From Octopus sinensis (taxonomy: Eukaryota), in NCBI RefSeq assembly GCF_006345805.1, contig NC_042997.1:207824001-207888000 (forward strand): DNA of 64,000 bases, given 5' to 3'. The notes under the pieces were generated by a model. The model did not search any database. It had not been told where the DNA came from and saw only the letters and a list, made by a program, of their open reading frames with translations. The position numbers and the translations under genes are program-made. This document shows, in pieces, positions 34,275 through 47,979 of this stretch (positions are counted from its first letter, which is position 1; every line of letters starts with the position of its first letter).

Positions 34275-37272
34275 TCATTATCATCATTGTCATCATTTAA
34301 CGTCCATTGTTCAGGCTGGCATGGGTTGGACGGTCTGACCAGGGATGGTAAGCTGGAAGGCTGCACTAGGCTCCAGTCTGATTTGGAGTGGTTCTATGGG
34401 CTGGTTGCCCTTCCTAATGCCAACCAATCCAAGAGTGTAATGAGTGCTTTTACATGCCATCAGCATGAGTGCCATTTGCATGACAGTGGAGTGTGTTTAC
34501 ATTCCACCGGCACAGGTGCAAATTTATGTGACACTGGTATAGCTATGACTGCAGTTTTACTTGGCTTCATGGGTCTTCTGCTCAAGCATAACATAATGCC
34601 AAAGTTCTTGGTCATTGCCACCATGAGGCCCAACACTTGAAAAGAACTCAACCACTTTGCCTCCATGAGGCACAACGTTCAAAAAATGTTCATTACTTGC
34701 CACCAGCATAGGTGCACTTGGCTTGATGGGTCCTCTCAAGTACAGCACATCACCAAAGGTCTCGGTCACTAGACATTGCCTCTGTAAGGCTCAAAAATTG
34801 TGCTTCACCACATCGTCCCATATCTTCCTGGGTCTACCTTTACTATGGGTTCCCTCAGCATTTACAGATTGGCATTTCTTTACACAGCTGTCCTCACTCA
34901 TATGCATCACATGACCATACCAGCACAGCCGTCTCTCTTGCACACCACATCTGATGCCTCTCATGACTGACTTTTCTCTCAAGATGCTTACACTCTGCGA
35001 AACATGCACACTGACATTGCACACCCAGCAAAGCATACTGGCTTCATTTCTTTCAATCCTACGCATCTCCTCAGCTGTCACAGCCCATGTTTCACTGCCA
35101 TGCAGCATAGCTGTTCACACACAGGTTTCATACAATCTGCCTTTCACTCTGAGAGAGAGGCCCTTTGTTGATAGCAGGGGTAGGAGCTCCCTGAACTTTG
35201 CCCAGCCTATTCTTATTCTCACAACTATACTCTCAGAGCATCCATTTCTGCTACTAACTTGGTCACCTAGGTAATGGAAGCTATCTACTACCTCTAGCTT
35301 GCCCCACTGGCAGTGATGGAGTCTATTTTCTGCATATTTTCAGCGTTATTGTACCTATGTACCTTCCACATACGAAAGCTACTTTACTTGTTAACCTTTT
35401 ATGCATCTTTTATGTTGTGTGTCCAAAGCTTACACTGGGTGCATCTTATGCAGTTTCTACCTACGCCTTTTCTATAGGTCGGGCAGGTCTGTCTACCTGA
35501 GGAGATTTGTGATTTGTCTGCCTTCCTACTTACTATGACTTTGATCCTAGACCTTGCTTCCATACCTGGAACTTCTCTAGTTCAGTGATTTAGCTATAAG
35601 AGTAAGATCATTAGCATAGAGGAGCTCCCAGGTGCAACTTGTCTTGAATTCCTTTGTTATTGCGTGGAGGACTATAATGAACAAGAGGGGGCTGATGACT
35701 GATCCTTGTTGAACCCCTACTTGTACCCTCAATTCTTCACTGTACTCATTGCCAACCCTCACCTTACTGGTAGTGTCCTTGGACAAGGCTTCTATGGCTC
35801 TCACCAGCCACTCACCTATCCCTAGTTTCTGCATTAACCACCAGATAAGGGATTAGGGGACCCTGTCAAAAGCTTTCTCCAAGTCAACAAAAGCCAAGAA
35901 CAGAGGTTTATCTTTGGTTAGGTATTTCTCCTGCAGCTGCCTTATCAGAAATATAGCATCAGGGGTGCTTCTACCTTGCACAAAACCAAACTGCATCTCA
36001 TCTAGGCTAATTCTCTCCCTAATTAATTGTGATATGACTCTCTATGCAACTTTCATCAACTGAGCCAACAATTTGATAGCTCTGTAATTATTCATCTAGG
36101 GCATCGCCTTTACCTTTGTAGCAGTTGACTATAGTGTTATTACACCAGTCAATGGGTATGACTTCTTCGTGAACCACCTGATTGACTATATGAGTGATTA
36201 GACCATAACCCACACTGCCAGATATTTTAAGCATCTCACCAGTGATTCCTGAATGGCTGGGATGTTTTCCCTACCTTCATATCTTTAATTGCTTTATATA
36301 CTATGTTGATTCGCATAGCTGGCCCTCAGTTGGGTCAATATTGCCAGACTCTCTTCCTCCCATTCATTCTCCACATTCAGCAGTCTTCCTAATAACATCG
36401 CCAAGCCTCTTTCTTTGCAGAATCATTAAAAGCTAGTGCACCATCATCTATGCAGACACATTTCTCTCCTGTGACATCACAATTTTCTCTCACACACCAT
36501 CTTGCAATCCAAAACACTTCAGTTCTTTGGTCCTCATCACGCTGAACATAAGCAAATGTCTTCTTTTCTGCTTCTCCCTTGGCTAGATATACCTGTCTCC
36601 TAGCTATCTGATACAGTTCCCTGCTACCCAACACTTCCAGACCTGTTTCTTTGCTCCAATAGCCCTATCTAGAGTATTGTTCCACCACCATGTTACCCTA
36701 GGTCTGGAAGGGACTTGCACCAGCCACAGATTTGGTCTGTGGCACTCAGCAAGCTGTCTCACAGGAATTCCCAGCTGCCTTCTGTGTCACAGAACTGTAG
36801 CTCTTCCTCCCTATCATCAAATTTCTCAATTAGGATGTCCCTAAATCTCTGACCATGTGAAGGGTTCTTAAGCTTCCAAGTCCTTCTTTTCCACATTGGT
36901 CTGCTTCTTGGCATCCTTCTGGCCTGGAGTCTAAAGTCACTAATGACTAGTCTATGCTGGAGGGTACATTCTTCACCAGGAGGGTCTTTGTATTTAAGAG
37001 CAACCATGCATCCTGTTATCTGGTGAGAATGAAATTGATCTAGCTAGCAGAGTCACCTGACTGATAGGTTATTGAATGACTGGCTTCCTGAAATTGATGA
37101 TGTAGATCAAAAGGTTATTTGCATCACAGAACTTCAGGAGCCTAGTTCCCTCTTCATTTCAGGAACTAATACTATGGCCCCCATGAACACCATGGAAGAT
37201 ACCAGGATGCCATCCAACATGCCTGTTGAAATCCCCAGCCACAAAGATGAGATCATTGTCGTTCGTCCTTGA
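34275..37272 (-). mobile_element. RTE-clade LINE, long decayed copy (APE-RT-3' tail) nested in the Gypsy
   Basis: QHRLVISDF, QFGFVQGRST, FVDLEKAFD, VGVQQGSVISPLLF, LLYANDL, MLHGSETW, RRLCWYGHV, GRPRKIW; (GAT)-type tail at ~34275-34295. Confidence 0.85.
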
Positions 37273-37274
37273 GG

Positions 37275-38800
37275 TAGCCTGCAGCGAGGCTCAGAAATAA
37301 AATTTGTGTCCATAAAATTGAATAATGTGAACATCATGTTACAACTGGATACAAGCAGTGATATCATGATAATTAACACAGATACGTGAAGGAAAATCAG
37401 GAAGCCTAGACTGAAGGAAACTTGAAAGTTGCTTGTTGTGTTTCAGGAAAAAAATTAATTTTTAAGGGTGAAATGATAAGTGATGTTATCTTTCGTGGAA
37501 AAACCTTAAAAGCCAAACGTTTTATGCTGAATAATACAAAAAATTTATTTAGAACAGACTGCATGGAATTATTTGAATTATAGGACCTCTCCATAATTTT
37601 TTCTGTAAAACGTGAATGGTTCTTTCTGCCAGTACAAATAAAGTGTCAGACAAATTATAAGAAATGATTAAAAAGGAATTTTCCCAAAGTTTTTTCTAAT
37701 CAGTTAGGTGCTTGCACCAAAACAAAGGCTAAGTTTGATGTAAACGAAAACATTTCTCAGTATTTAAAGCAAAATGAACTGAACCCTTCACAACAAGTCA
37801 ACAAAGAATTAAATAGACTTGAAAAACTTGGGGTTATTGAAAAAATTTATTACATTCAATGGCATCACCAACAGTTTATGCGAATAAAAAAAAAATAACA
37901 AAATCTGTGTATGTGCTGATTTTTCAACAGAGTTAAAGGAATGTTTGATGCTATATAATTACCTGTTACCAAGTCCAGAAGAAATTTTTGTGATGTTGAA
38001 TGGAGGAAAATATTTTTCAAAGTTGGACCTATCTGAAGCATATTTGCAGGTAAAAGTTGATGAAGAATGTTCAAAATTATTAACAATAATTACCCATAAA
38101 GTATTATACATATTTAATCGACTTCCTTTTGGCATAAAGGTAGCACCAGACATTTTCCAACAAGTTATGGACACTACACTTGCAGATTCATATTTCACTA
38201 CAGCTTACCTTGTTGACATGCTCATAAAAAGCGAATTTTGTGCTCAGCAAGATGAGCATGTTAAAAAGATCATCCCACAAAATAAAAGATTAAAGCTCAG
38301 CGAGGAAAAGTGTGAATCTTTTATGCCAAGAATAAAATATCTAGAGCAGATTATTGATGAAAAATGTATGTAGACCAGATCCATTAAGGGTGAGTGCAAT
38401 AAAAAATATTACAAGCATTTTGGGGGCTTGCAAATTGCTACCAGGTATACATACTGAATATGCATGATTTAAGAGCACTCCTGAATAACTTGTTAAAAAA
38501 GGCATTAAGTGGAATTGGCAAGACATGTGCCAAAAAGCTTTTGAAGAAATTAAAAACATTCTAATGTCAGAATTGTTGTTATCACGTTTTGACTCAAACT
38601 TAGAAATAGTAATGGTATCAGACGATCGTGACAGTGGTATTGGAGCTGTGATTTTACACAAAAATGAAGAGTGTAGCCTGAAAGCTGTAGCTCATGCTTC
38701 ACATTCCTTATTGCCAGGTAAGAAAAGTTACTGTCAGATAGAGAAGGAAGGATCAGCTATCATATTTTCAGTAAGGAAATTCCATAAATTTATACATCTA
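37275..38800 (+). mobile_element. Gypsy pol: protease, RT, RNase H (decayed)
   Basis: LQLDTSSDI (protease); YLLPSPEEIF..LNGGKYFSKLDLSEAYLQ, NRLPFGI..AP.IFQ, YLVD (RT); GIGAVI, YCQIEKEG.AIIF.V.KFHKFI (RNase H). Confidence 0.9.
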
Positions 38801-39715
38801 TTAGTCTACAAGTGTTGTCTTCCCTGTCTTTAATAACTATATCTGGTCTATTTGCCTAGATTGTTCTGTCAGTGATGACAGGAAAATCTCAGAGGATAGT
38901 GACATTTTTACCTTCAACAACTGGCTCAGGATAATGTTCATGTGAGTAAGCAGGAGTGATGATTTTGTAGTGTTTACATATTTTCCAATGTAAATACGTC
39001 CTACCTTATCATGGCAATTTTTGTAATTCATAGGTGTAATCACAGGGCATATTAAAACAAAATGGTCGATTGTTCATCAAATGTATTGCAGAATGTGCAT
39101 TTAGGGTCAGAACCAATTTGAAGAATGTTAGCCTGGTAGGTTTTGGTAAGCAAGCTTTGGTCTTGAGCTGCTAATATGAAACATTCAGTCTCTGTTTTCA
39201 GTCTTACATTATCATTATTATTATTATTATTAATATTATTATTATTATTATTATTATTACCATTATTATTAATTATTACCATTATTATTATTATCATTAT
39301 TATTATTATTATTATTGTATTATTATTATTATTGTTATTCCTTCGTAACACAGTGTAGGTAAAAATGCACTGGAGTCTTTAGTCATCTGTCAAGTCACAA
39401 CAAGGACCTCAGACGGATAATACTTTCCTTAAGATGTGCGCTGTGCCCAGATAGGCTGCTTTTGTAAGACATCAATCTTGCAAAGGATTTCCAGTTGCCT
39501 TAAGAAGTTTTGAAGTTTCAATGGGATTGAACCCAGCATTCTGATCACCACTGGTATCACTTTAACATTACCCTCTCACTTTCCATACAGTCTTGCCATT
39601 TCCACTTTCAATTCGGAGTATTTGGTGATTTTTTCAACCTCTTCTCTCACGACATTCATGTCATTTGTATGGCTACATCAATGATCTGACAGTATTTGTC
39701 TCACTTTCTCAATAT
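38801..39715 (-). mobile_element. Two short R4-like 3' fragments separated by an (ATT)n microsatellite (39205-39335)
   Basis: LKTETECFILAAQDQSL, CHDKVG; second piece KITKYSELKVEMARL, PVVI, AAYLGTAHILRKVL. Confidence 0.7.
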
Positions 39716-39804
39716 GACAATATTATTATTGTTGTTGTCATCGTCGTCATCGTTATGATTATCATTATCATTATTATTATTATCATTATTATTTATGGGT
39801 TTTT

Positions 39805-41329
39805 CTTCTTTCAAATTTGCTTCCATTTCTTGTCGAGTGTCTTCCCGACTCCTAGGGCAAAGAAACTCATAGTATACATTGGTAGGCCATTAAACTAAAC
39901 TTACTAGTTCGTTCATTTTTTTTTTCGATAGAAATAAAGTTAAATTAAAATACATGGGTAGTAATAGTTCTCACATCGACAATGCTCTTCTCAATACGTG
40001 TGATGTACCAGTTAAGACAATCTTTTGCACTTCTTGCAGGGATGGTAAGCCAGGGATCATTCATAAATAATTTTCGGTTCCCTTCTTGATCATCCTAGTG
40101 CTCCTACGGTCACTGGTATTGTAACTGCCTTGAGATGCCACATTTTCTCAATTTCAATGAGCAGGTCTTTATATTTTCTGAGCTTGTCAAATTCTTTCGC
40201 CGAGATATTATGATCACAGGGGATGCTCATGTCGATCAATAAGCAAACTTTATTGTTTTGGTCTTTCACAACAATATCTGGTTTATTGGCCTTGATGGTT
40301 CGGTCTGTATGTACTGGAAAGTCCCGCAGAATCGTTACATTTTCTCCTTCAGTTACAGCTTCAGGGTGGTGATTATACCACTTGTCGGCAGTTTTGATAT
40401 TGCAATGCCGACTTATTAGCCAGTGTAGATATTGGCCAACTCTGTCATGTCTTAATTTATACTCCACTGGTGCTAAGACTTTACATCCAGAGATTAGGTG
40501 GTCCACTGTTCAATCATGACGTTGCAGAATCAGCATTTGGGTCTGCTCCATTTTTCATCACATTGGCCTGGTAGTTCCGGGTTAATAGGCTTTGATCTTG
40601 AGCAGCCAGGATGAAACCTTCGCTCTCTGCTTTTAGCCCTGAGCTCCGTAGCCACTGATGAGTTTGCTTCTGGTCAACATCAGCTTGTTTGCTACGGGCC
40701 ACATATTTGCCATGCAGAGGTTTCTCCTCCCACCTATCAGCCAATTGCTCGTGCGCTTTTTTCGTTGCCATATTTCACCTTCTTTGCAACAATAGTTGCC
40801 GTACTTCCCTCGGGTTGTTCAGTTTGGGTATCCTGCACAAGATCAATAGCAAATTTTTCGCTTTCCTTATGATAGAATGAAGCTTCTTTCGTATCTCGTG
40901 ATTTTCCACGAGCTTTAGCATCCAGTCATTCGTTATTTTGAGATATTTGGCCAGTCCAATTGTGGTTGTTTTGTAAGCTAGTTCAAATTGAATCAGGCCT
41001 CGACCTCCTTGGGCTCTGGGAAGGTAAAGGCGATCTACGTCTGCCTTTGGTGGTGCATCCTATTAAACTCAGCAGCTTGCGTATTTTCCTATCTATATTC
41101 TTTACTTCACTCATATCCAGTTCAACACATTGTAGCTATAAGTAACAACTGGAACTGCTAAGGAATTTATAGCTAACACCTTGTTACGTGCATTTAGTTC
41201 AGATTTCAGGACTGCACGAACTCTCTATAACATTCCTTCCTGATCTTCTCTTTCATGCTTGCATTCTGAATACCAGAGCCTTCATTTATCCCTAAATATT
41301 TGTAGGTTTGTTCTTGCTCAGGCTCTCTT
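39805..41329 (-). mobile_element. R4/Dong-like LINE 3' half (post-RT, CCHC, RLE endonuclease, 3' UTR)
   Basis: YKYLG, KPLHGKY, GFILAAQDQSL, HLISGC, RHDRVG, KPDIVV, LIDMSIP, GALG; same family and 3' UTR as 44982-46420. Confidence 0.9.
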
Positions 41330-41509
41330 TAGGGATAGTTCCCAATGCACCTATAACTACTGGAATAGATTTTACCCGCACTTTCCATAGTCTCTGTAAT
41401 TCAGTGGTTGGGTCCTGGTACTTTGCTATTTTTTTCTAAACCATTTATATTGACTTTCTCATCATTTGGGACTGTAAAGTCAATTATCTGGCTTTTGTAT
41501 CCTTGTTTG

Positions 41510-43425
41510 CAGATACACTATTTTAACAAACAGGAGAGTAAATATATTCACAGAGGTTAACTTTCAACTCCCAGCATACAAGACTCCAAATGCCTTCTGT
41601 TGTCAATGAAGTACGTTGCTCTTTTGTAAGAGTCCAATGAGTCTACTTTCAATTTCACAGCATTCAAGCATAATTGCTACCAACGTCGCCTTACTGGCAC
41701 CTGTGCCGGTGGCATGTGTAAAAAGATTCGAGCGAGATCATTGCCAGTACCGCCTGACTGGCCCCCATGCCGGTGGCACGTAAAAAGCACCCACTACACT
41801 CACGGAGTGGTTGGCATTAGGAAGGGCATCCAGCTGTAGAAACACTGTCAGATCAGGATTGAAGCCTGGTGCAGCCATCTGGTTCAGCAGGCCTCAGTCA
41901 AAATCATCCAACCCATGCTAGCATGGAAAGCGGACGTTAAACGATGATGATGATGATGATGTTGCTGTCTGTCACCGCAACATCTCCTCCTTTGAGATTG
42001 ACTTCTGTTGGGAAAATATTTTTTTCCATATCACATCTTCCATTTCGAGATTTACTTTCCCCAACAGATTAATATTTAATTCGTTTTGGAACACTGCCTC
42101 CAACAATTCTGTATGTTTTCTTTTTCTTGTACTGGTATGCTTTATTTCAATGATTTCTTACAGAATCAGCTCATCAAATATCTCTTGGAGAACTTCCATG
42201 GGTACTTCTTTCCTTGTAACCCTTTCTTCAGCAAACCTTCTTTTCAGCTGATTCAGGTGTTTTTTTATGTTGTTCCCATTTAGAATCTCACTTCATGTAC
42301 ATAATTTTACAGATCCATTTTATTATTTCACCATCTTCTCCGACCTTCTTTTCCATTTCTGTACACTCTGAAAAACTCCTGATCACCACTTATTGAATAC
42401 TTCATTGTATTTTTAGCGTTTTCCCTAGTTTTTATTTTTCTGCTGGGTAATAATTTCTCAAAAACTGACCTAACTTTTCTTATGAACATCAGTTTAGCAG
42501 GCGACATGCTTGAAGGGGTTTTTGTGTTTGGCGTTACACAGTAAACTCTCAGGAATTGTTACAATGCTACATCATCCACTACCTCATTTATAGATTTCCT
42601 TAACACCCTTCTAATGTGTTCACAAAATGTTCAGCTTGTCCGTTTAATCTTGGGTGATACAGAGGAGTAGTGATATATTCAATTGAGAACACTTGCAAAA
42701 ATTCTTAAATTTATTTGCCATGAACTGTGTACCATATCTTGCTAAAAGTTCAAGTGGAAAATCCACTCTTACTGTGGAGGTTAGTTTTTCTACACATTTC
42801 TGGTCATTTTGTAAAACTATCTATCACTATTAGATAATATGATCTGCTTAGTACTCCTGTGTAGTCTAGGCCATGGAATATTGGTTTTGGGCCAGGGTTG
42901 AAATTTGGTAGATGGTGATTTTTGCTGTAAGAGCTCAACCTCTGTGAATACCAGCCTCTCAATATCTAGGTCCATTTTCAGCTAGTAAATATAACTCCCC
43001 AAAAGTGACTTCATCCTAGAAATTCCTGGATGTCCAGTGTGGAATTCCTTTAACATTCGATTGTAGTGAGACAGGCATTACAACTCTCGGTGCACCCAAA
43101 AGTACATTGTCACGTATCAAACATGGACTTCAAACTGTGTCAAGTCCAACCACATGCATTTTTTTATTTGTTTCTTCTGATCTCGTTGTTTTTTTTTACT
43201 TTCATGATAAAGTCGTCTCTTTCTGCCTAATTTTTATTTCCTCCAGTGTGACAGGCAATTCACATACAACGTTGCACAAATCCATTTTTTATTTCATGAT
43301 CATCTCTTAATGCCACTATCACTGTGTTTTCTAGTGGTTCACTGTATGTTGGTATTGTCCTTGACAAACCTTCTGCATGCCCCAATCTTTTAAATGGTAA
43401 ATACTCCATCTGAATAAGCTTGCAG
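41510..43425 (-). mobile_element. Gypsy integrase region, PPT and 3' LTR, inverted relative to gag-pol
   Basis: MEYLP..LGHAEGLSR, HTGHPGISRMK, PWPKT; purine tract aaaggaggaga then TGTTGCGG at 41982; the LTR is split by an RTE-tail repeat. Confidence 0.75.
41680..41960 (+). mobile_element. RTE 3'-tail repeat (CpG-retaining, young-looking) in the Gypsy LTR
   Basis: gccggtggcacgtaaaaagcacccactacac...gcggacgttaaac followed by (GAT)6. Confidence 0.8.
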
Positions 43426-43439
43426 TTATAAGACACGCC

Positions 43440-46425
43440 AATATGCATGATAAAGAACCACTTCATAATCTCTCAAATACAACCCAGAATAGAAAACAAA
43501 TTAAAATTGGAAACTATGTAACAAAGGAAATTATTCAAGAACTAAAACCAGATTTCACTGAATTAAATGAAATGATTTATGCAGCTGCTAAGACAATTGA
43601 AAGCAGTTGTATGCCTCTGAGAAAAGTCAAGAAATACAAACCTGAGAAGAATTCCAAACTGGAAAGGTAAAATTGAAAAAGAGATTGAAATAAAGAGAAA
43701 TGAAATATCAATATTGAATGAACTAATTTGTGGAAACGATGTAAGAAAAATGAAGAGAAAACAGATTCTCACCAAGAGAAGAACTGCTTTCAGCAAAAGA
43801 AACACTGCAACAAAAGAATCCAAGCAAATGAAGATTTGAAAAAAAAACAGATTTTACATAGAAAATAAGCTGTTCACATCCAATGTGAAAACATTCTACA
43901 GAGAAATAGGCAAAGACGGAATAATCATTGAAGACCTCCACTGCCATGGGAGAAGTTGAAGACTTCTGGAAAAATATCGGGAATGATGAAAAGAGTTACA
44001 ATTGAAATGCTGACTGGATCAGACACACAGAGGGATCCTAGCAAAATTTATCAGAACAAGCAAGGGAAGATCACAATAGCAGACCTAAGGATGACACTCA
44101 CGAAGGACCATAAGTGGAAATCCCCTGGTAATGAAAAGGTGCCAAATTTTTGGCTCGCCTTGTTCCTGTGTGCACATGGAAAGTTAGTCCAGTTATTCAA
44201 TGAAATAATGAGAGATCCTGCGAAAACACCCGACTGGTTAGCAAGAGGTATTACTTACCTACACCTGAAGAATAATGGAACCAACTTTCCCCAAGACTAT
44301 CCACCCATGACATATCTATCTGCCACGTATAAAATTTTAACATCCATCCTCATGGAGAAAAACATACAAATTTATGGAACAGAATGATATTTTCCCCACT
44401 GAACAAAAAGGTGCCGACAAGGCTCATATGGATGCAAAGACCAACTCTTAATGAATAGCATGGCCCTTGAGGAACTGTCATAGCAAATGCAGAAATCTCA
44501 GTTCTGCATGGATTGATTATCAAAAAAGGCCTTTGACAGCATGCTGCATTCATGGATCTTGAAATCGCTGGATATCTTCCAAATTTCTCTTGTGATTTCA
44601 CATTTCCTGAGGCACAACATGTCAATGTGGAATACAAATCTCCAATTATACCACTCTGATGGAGTTCTGACCACAAAAAATATTAATATCAACTGTGGCA
44701 TTTTCCACTTTCATCCTTAATTTTATTCATAGCCCTAATGAACTTAACAGAACAGGGTATGGATATAAAATTGGCAAGAGGAAAACAAGTCATCTGTTTT
44801 ATGTGGATGACTTAAAACTTTATGGCAAAGACGATAATGAGCTTGAAGGACTACTACGTACTGTGAAAGCATTTAGTGATGACCTTGGGATGGAATTTGG
44901 TTGATAAATGTGCCAGGGTCACTTTCCAGAAAGGAAACTGAAGACCTCACATTCAGTGGAGTTGGATGTTGACACAGTCATAGAGAACTCAAGCAAGAAG
45001 AAACTTACAAATACCTCGGAATAAATGAGGGTTCTGGCATTCAGCATGCAAGAATGAAAGAGAAGGAATGGTAAAGGTGAGTTCAAGCAGTCCTAAAATC
45101 CGAGTTAAATGCACGTAACAAGGTGTTAGCAATAAATTCCTTAACAGTTCTGGTTGTTATTTACAGTTTCAATGTATTCAACTGGAATATGAGTGAAATA
45201 AGGAAGATTGACGGGAAAATCCTTGAGTTTCTGAGTTGCAAAAAGAGGCACCAACCAAAGGCAGATGCAGATCGTCTTTACCTACCCAGAGCTCAAGGAG
45301 GTCGAGGCTTGGTTTGATTTGAAACCTCCTACAAAACCATCACAACTGGACTGGCCAAATATCTTGAAACATCTAATGAATGGATGCTAAATCTCATTGA
45401 AATTGGAAGTGCAACAACTGTAGCTGCAAAGAAGGTGAAATGAATAGCAAAGCAAAATGCGCTTGAACAATTGGATGATGGGTGGGAACAAAATCCTCTG
45501 CATGGCAAATATGTGGCCCGTAGCAAACAAGCTGATGTATACCAGAAGCACAGCCATCAGTGTCTAGGGAGCTCAGAGCTTAAAGGCAGAGAGAGAGAAG
45601 GCTTTATCTTGGCTACCCAAGATCAGAACTTATTGTCCTGGGACTGTCAAGCCAATGTGATGAAAAATGGAGCAGACCCAAAGTGCTGATACTGCAACAA
45701 TGATATAGAAATAGTGGACCACCTACTCTCTGGATGTAAGGTTTTAGCACCTGTATAGTATAAATCAAGGTATTGCAGATAATGTGTTGGCATTATAAAA
45801 TGAAAAGTGCTGACAAATGGTACAAGCACCACCCTGAGGCTGTTAGAGAGGGGAAAATGTAACGATTCTTTGGGACTTCCCAGTATGTACAGATGTGACC
45901 ATCAAGGCAAATAAACCAGAGTAATTGTTGTGAAAGACCAAAACAATAAAGTCTGTTTATTGATTGATGTGAGTGTATTTTGTGTCTATGATGTCTCGGC
46001 AAAACAATTTGATAAACTCAGAAAATATAAAGATCTGCTGATTGAAATCGAAAAGATGTGGCATCTCAAGATGGTTACAATACCAGTGACTGTAGGAGCA
46101 CTTGGAATGATCAAAAAAGGAACTGAAAATTATTTATGAATGATCCCTGGATTACCATCCAGGCAGGAAGTGCTAAAGATTGTCTTAACTGGTAACTGGT
46201 CACACGTATTGAGAAGAGCATCGTTGCTGTGAATTTTCTTTCCTTTTTCCCTTTTATTTTCTTTGTTTACTTTTCGTATTTTTTTACTTTTTCTCTGTCA
46301 TATGACTTTGTAAATGAATGAGTTAGCGTGTATATTTTAATTGCCTACCGATGTATACTGTGTGTTTCTCTGCCCTAGGTGTCAGGAAGGCACTCGGCAA
46401 GAAATGGAAACAGAACTGAAAGATG
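43440..46425 (+). mobile_element. R4/Dong-like LINE, long decayed copy
   Basis: LNEMIYAAA, WKSPG, EQK, WIDY, HLFYVDDLKLYG, YKYLG, RLYLPRAQGGRGL, PLHGKY, LIDVS, GALG and the family 3' UTR. Confidence 0.9.
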
Positions 46426-46530
46426 ATGATGGAAATAACAACAACAACAATAAAATTGATAATAATCAGAGTGTTTAACACAGACATGACAAAGCACAAT
46501 GATATTCATATTAATGAACAAATTGTTTAC

Positions 46531-46582
46531 CTTTTGAATGAAATCCTTCATTTTTCTCTCTATTTAGATATTCAGTAAATAG
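46531..46582 (-). CDS. PARP14: PARP14-like gene, 52-nt exon (macrodomain C-terminal helix)
   Basis: ttttttttttcacag| acceptor, |gtaaac donor, phase 0-1; LFTEYLNREKNEGFHSK continues VVYPQDTEIAK as expected for the final macrodomain helix. Confidence 0.8.
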
Positions 46583-46664
46583 CTGTGAAAAAAAAAATAA
46601 CAATCAATCATTTTTATGTTTAATTTTTTTGTCATTTTATAAAGAGAAGAAAAGAGAAAAAGCA

Positions 46665-47858
46665 AAATCAAAGGAAGGTTAATGGGGAAGATAGTTTTTG
46701 TGTGTGGCAAATGCTCAGGGGCATTAAACACTGAAAAATGTACAGAAAACAGCTTCTGTCACATTTCGTTAACTAGGTGACCAAGTTAGTAGCAGTGGTG
46801 GATGCTCTGAGGGCATAGCTGCTAGAATAGGAATAACCTGGGCAAGTTCTTATCTCTACTGGTAACAAAGGGCCTCTCACTCAGAGTGAAAGGTAGATTG
46901 TATGATACATGTGGGTGAACAGCCATGCTACATGGCAGTGAAACATGAGCCATGACTGCTGAGGACATGCATAAGCTTGCAAGAAATGAAGCCAGTATGC
47001 TCCGATGGATGTGTAATGTCAGTGTGCATACACAACAGAGTGTAAGCGCCCTGAGAGAAAAGTTGGATTTAAGAAGCATAAGATGTGATGTGCAAGAGAC
47101 GACAGCACTGGTATGGCCATGTGTTGCGAATTGTTGAGGAGAGCTGTGTGAAGAAGTGTCACACCCTAGCAGTTGAAGGAACCTGTTGAAGATGTAGACC
47201 CAGGAAGACCTGAGATGAGGTGGTGAAGCATAACCTTTGAACAATGGGCCCCACAGAGGCAATGATGAGCAACGGAGACCTTTGGAGATATGCTGTGCTT
47301 GAGAAAACTCAGTAAGCCAAGTGAGACCATAACCATGGCCTGTGCCAGTGTAGAATAACCAGCCCATTTAAGAGTACCCTTCAATCATTAGCCAATAAAC
47401 TGCACTTGAGGAGACCTGCTGAGACAAGTGAAGTCGTTGTCATGGCCAATGATAGTACCACCTGATTGGCACCCGTGCTGGTGGATTGTAAAAAACTCCA
47501 TTCAAGCTTGGTCAGTGTCAGTACTGTCTAACTGATCCCGTGCCGGTGATACATAAAAAGAAAACATTCGAGTAGAATCATTACTTGTGCCGCCTGACTT
47601 GTCCCATGCTGGTGGCATGTAAAAAGCACCATTCAAGCGTGGCTGATGCCAGTATCGCTCGACTTGCCCTCGTGCAGGTGGCACATAAAAAGCACCCACA
47701 ACACTCTCAGAGTGGTTGGCATTAGCAAGAGCATCCGGCTGTATAAACATTACCAGATCAGATTGGAGCCTGGTGCAGCCATCTGGTTCGCCAGACCTCA
47801 GTCAAATCGTCCAACCCATGACAGCATGTAAAGTGGACGTTAAACGATGATGATAATA
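46665..47858 (+). mobile_element. RTE-clade LINE 3' part plus 3' tail
   Basis: LGDQ, MLHGSET, ARNEASMLRWMCNVS, then the subrepeat-containing tail ending in (GAT)n. Confidence 0.85.
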
Positions 47859-47979
47859 ATTTTTTAAACAGAAAAGATTTAATTTAACAAAAGACAAACA
47901 AAATATTTAAAATATTTAATGATTTATTTCTAATCAGTAATAAGTAAATGAGGAAAATTACTTTTATCACTCAGATCAA

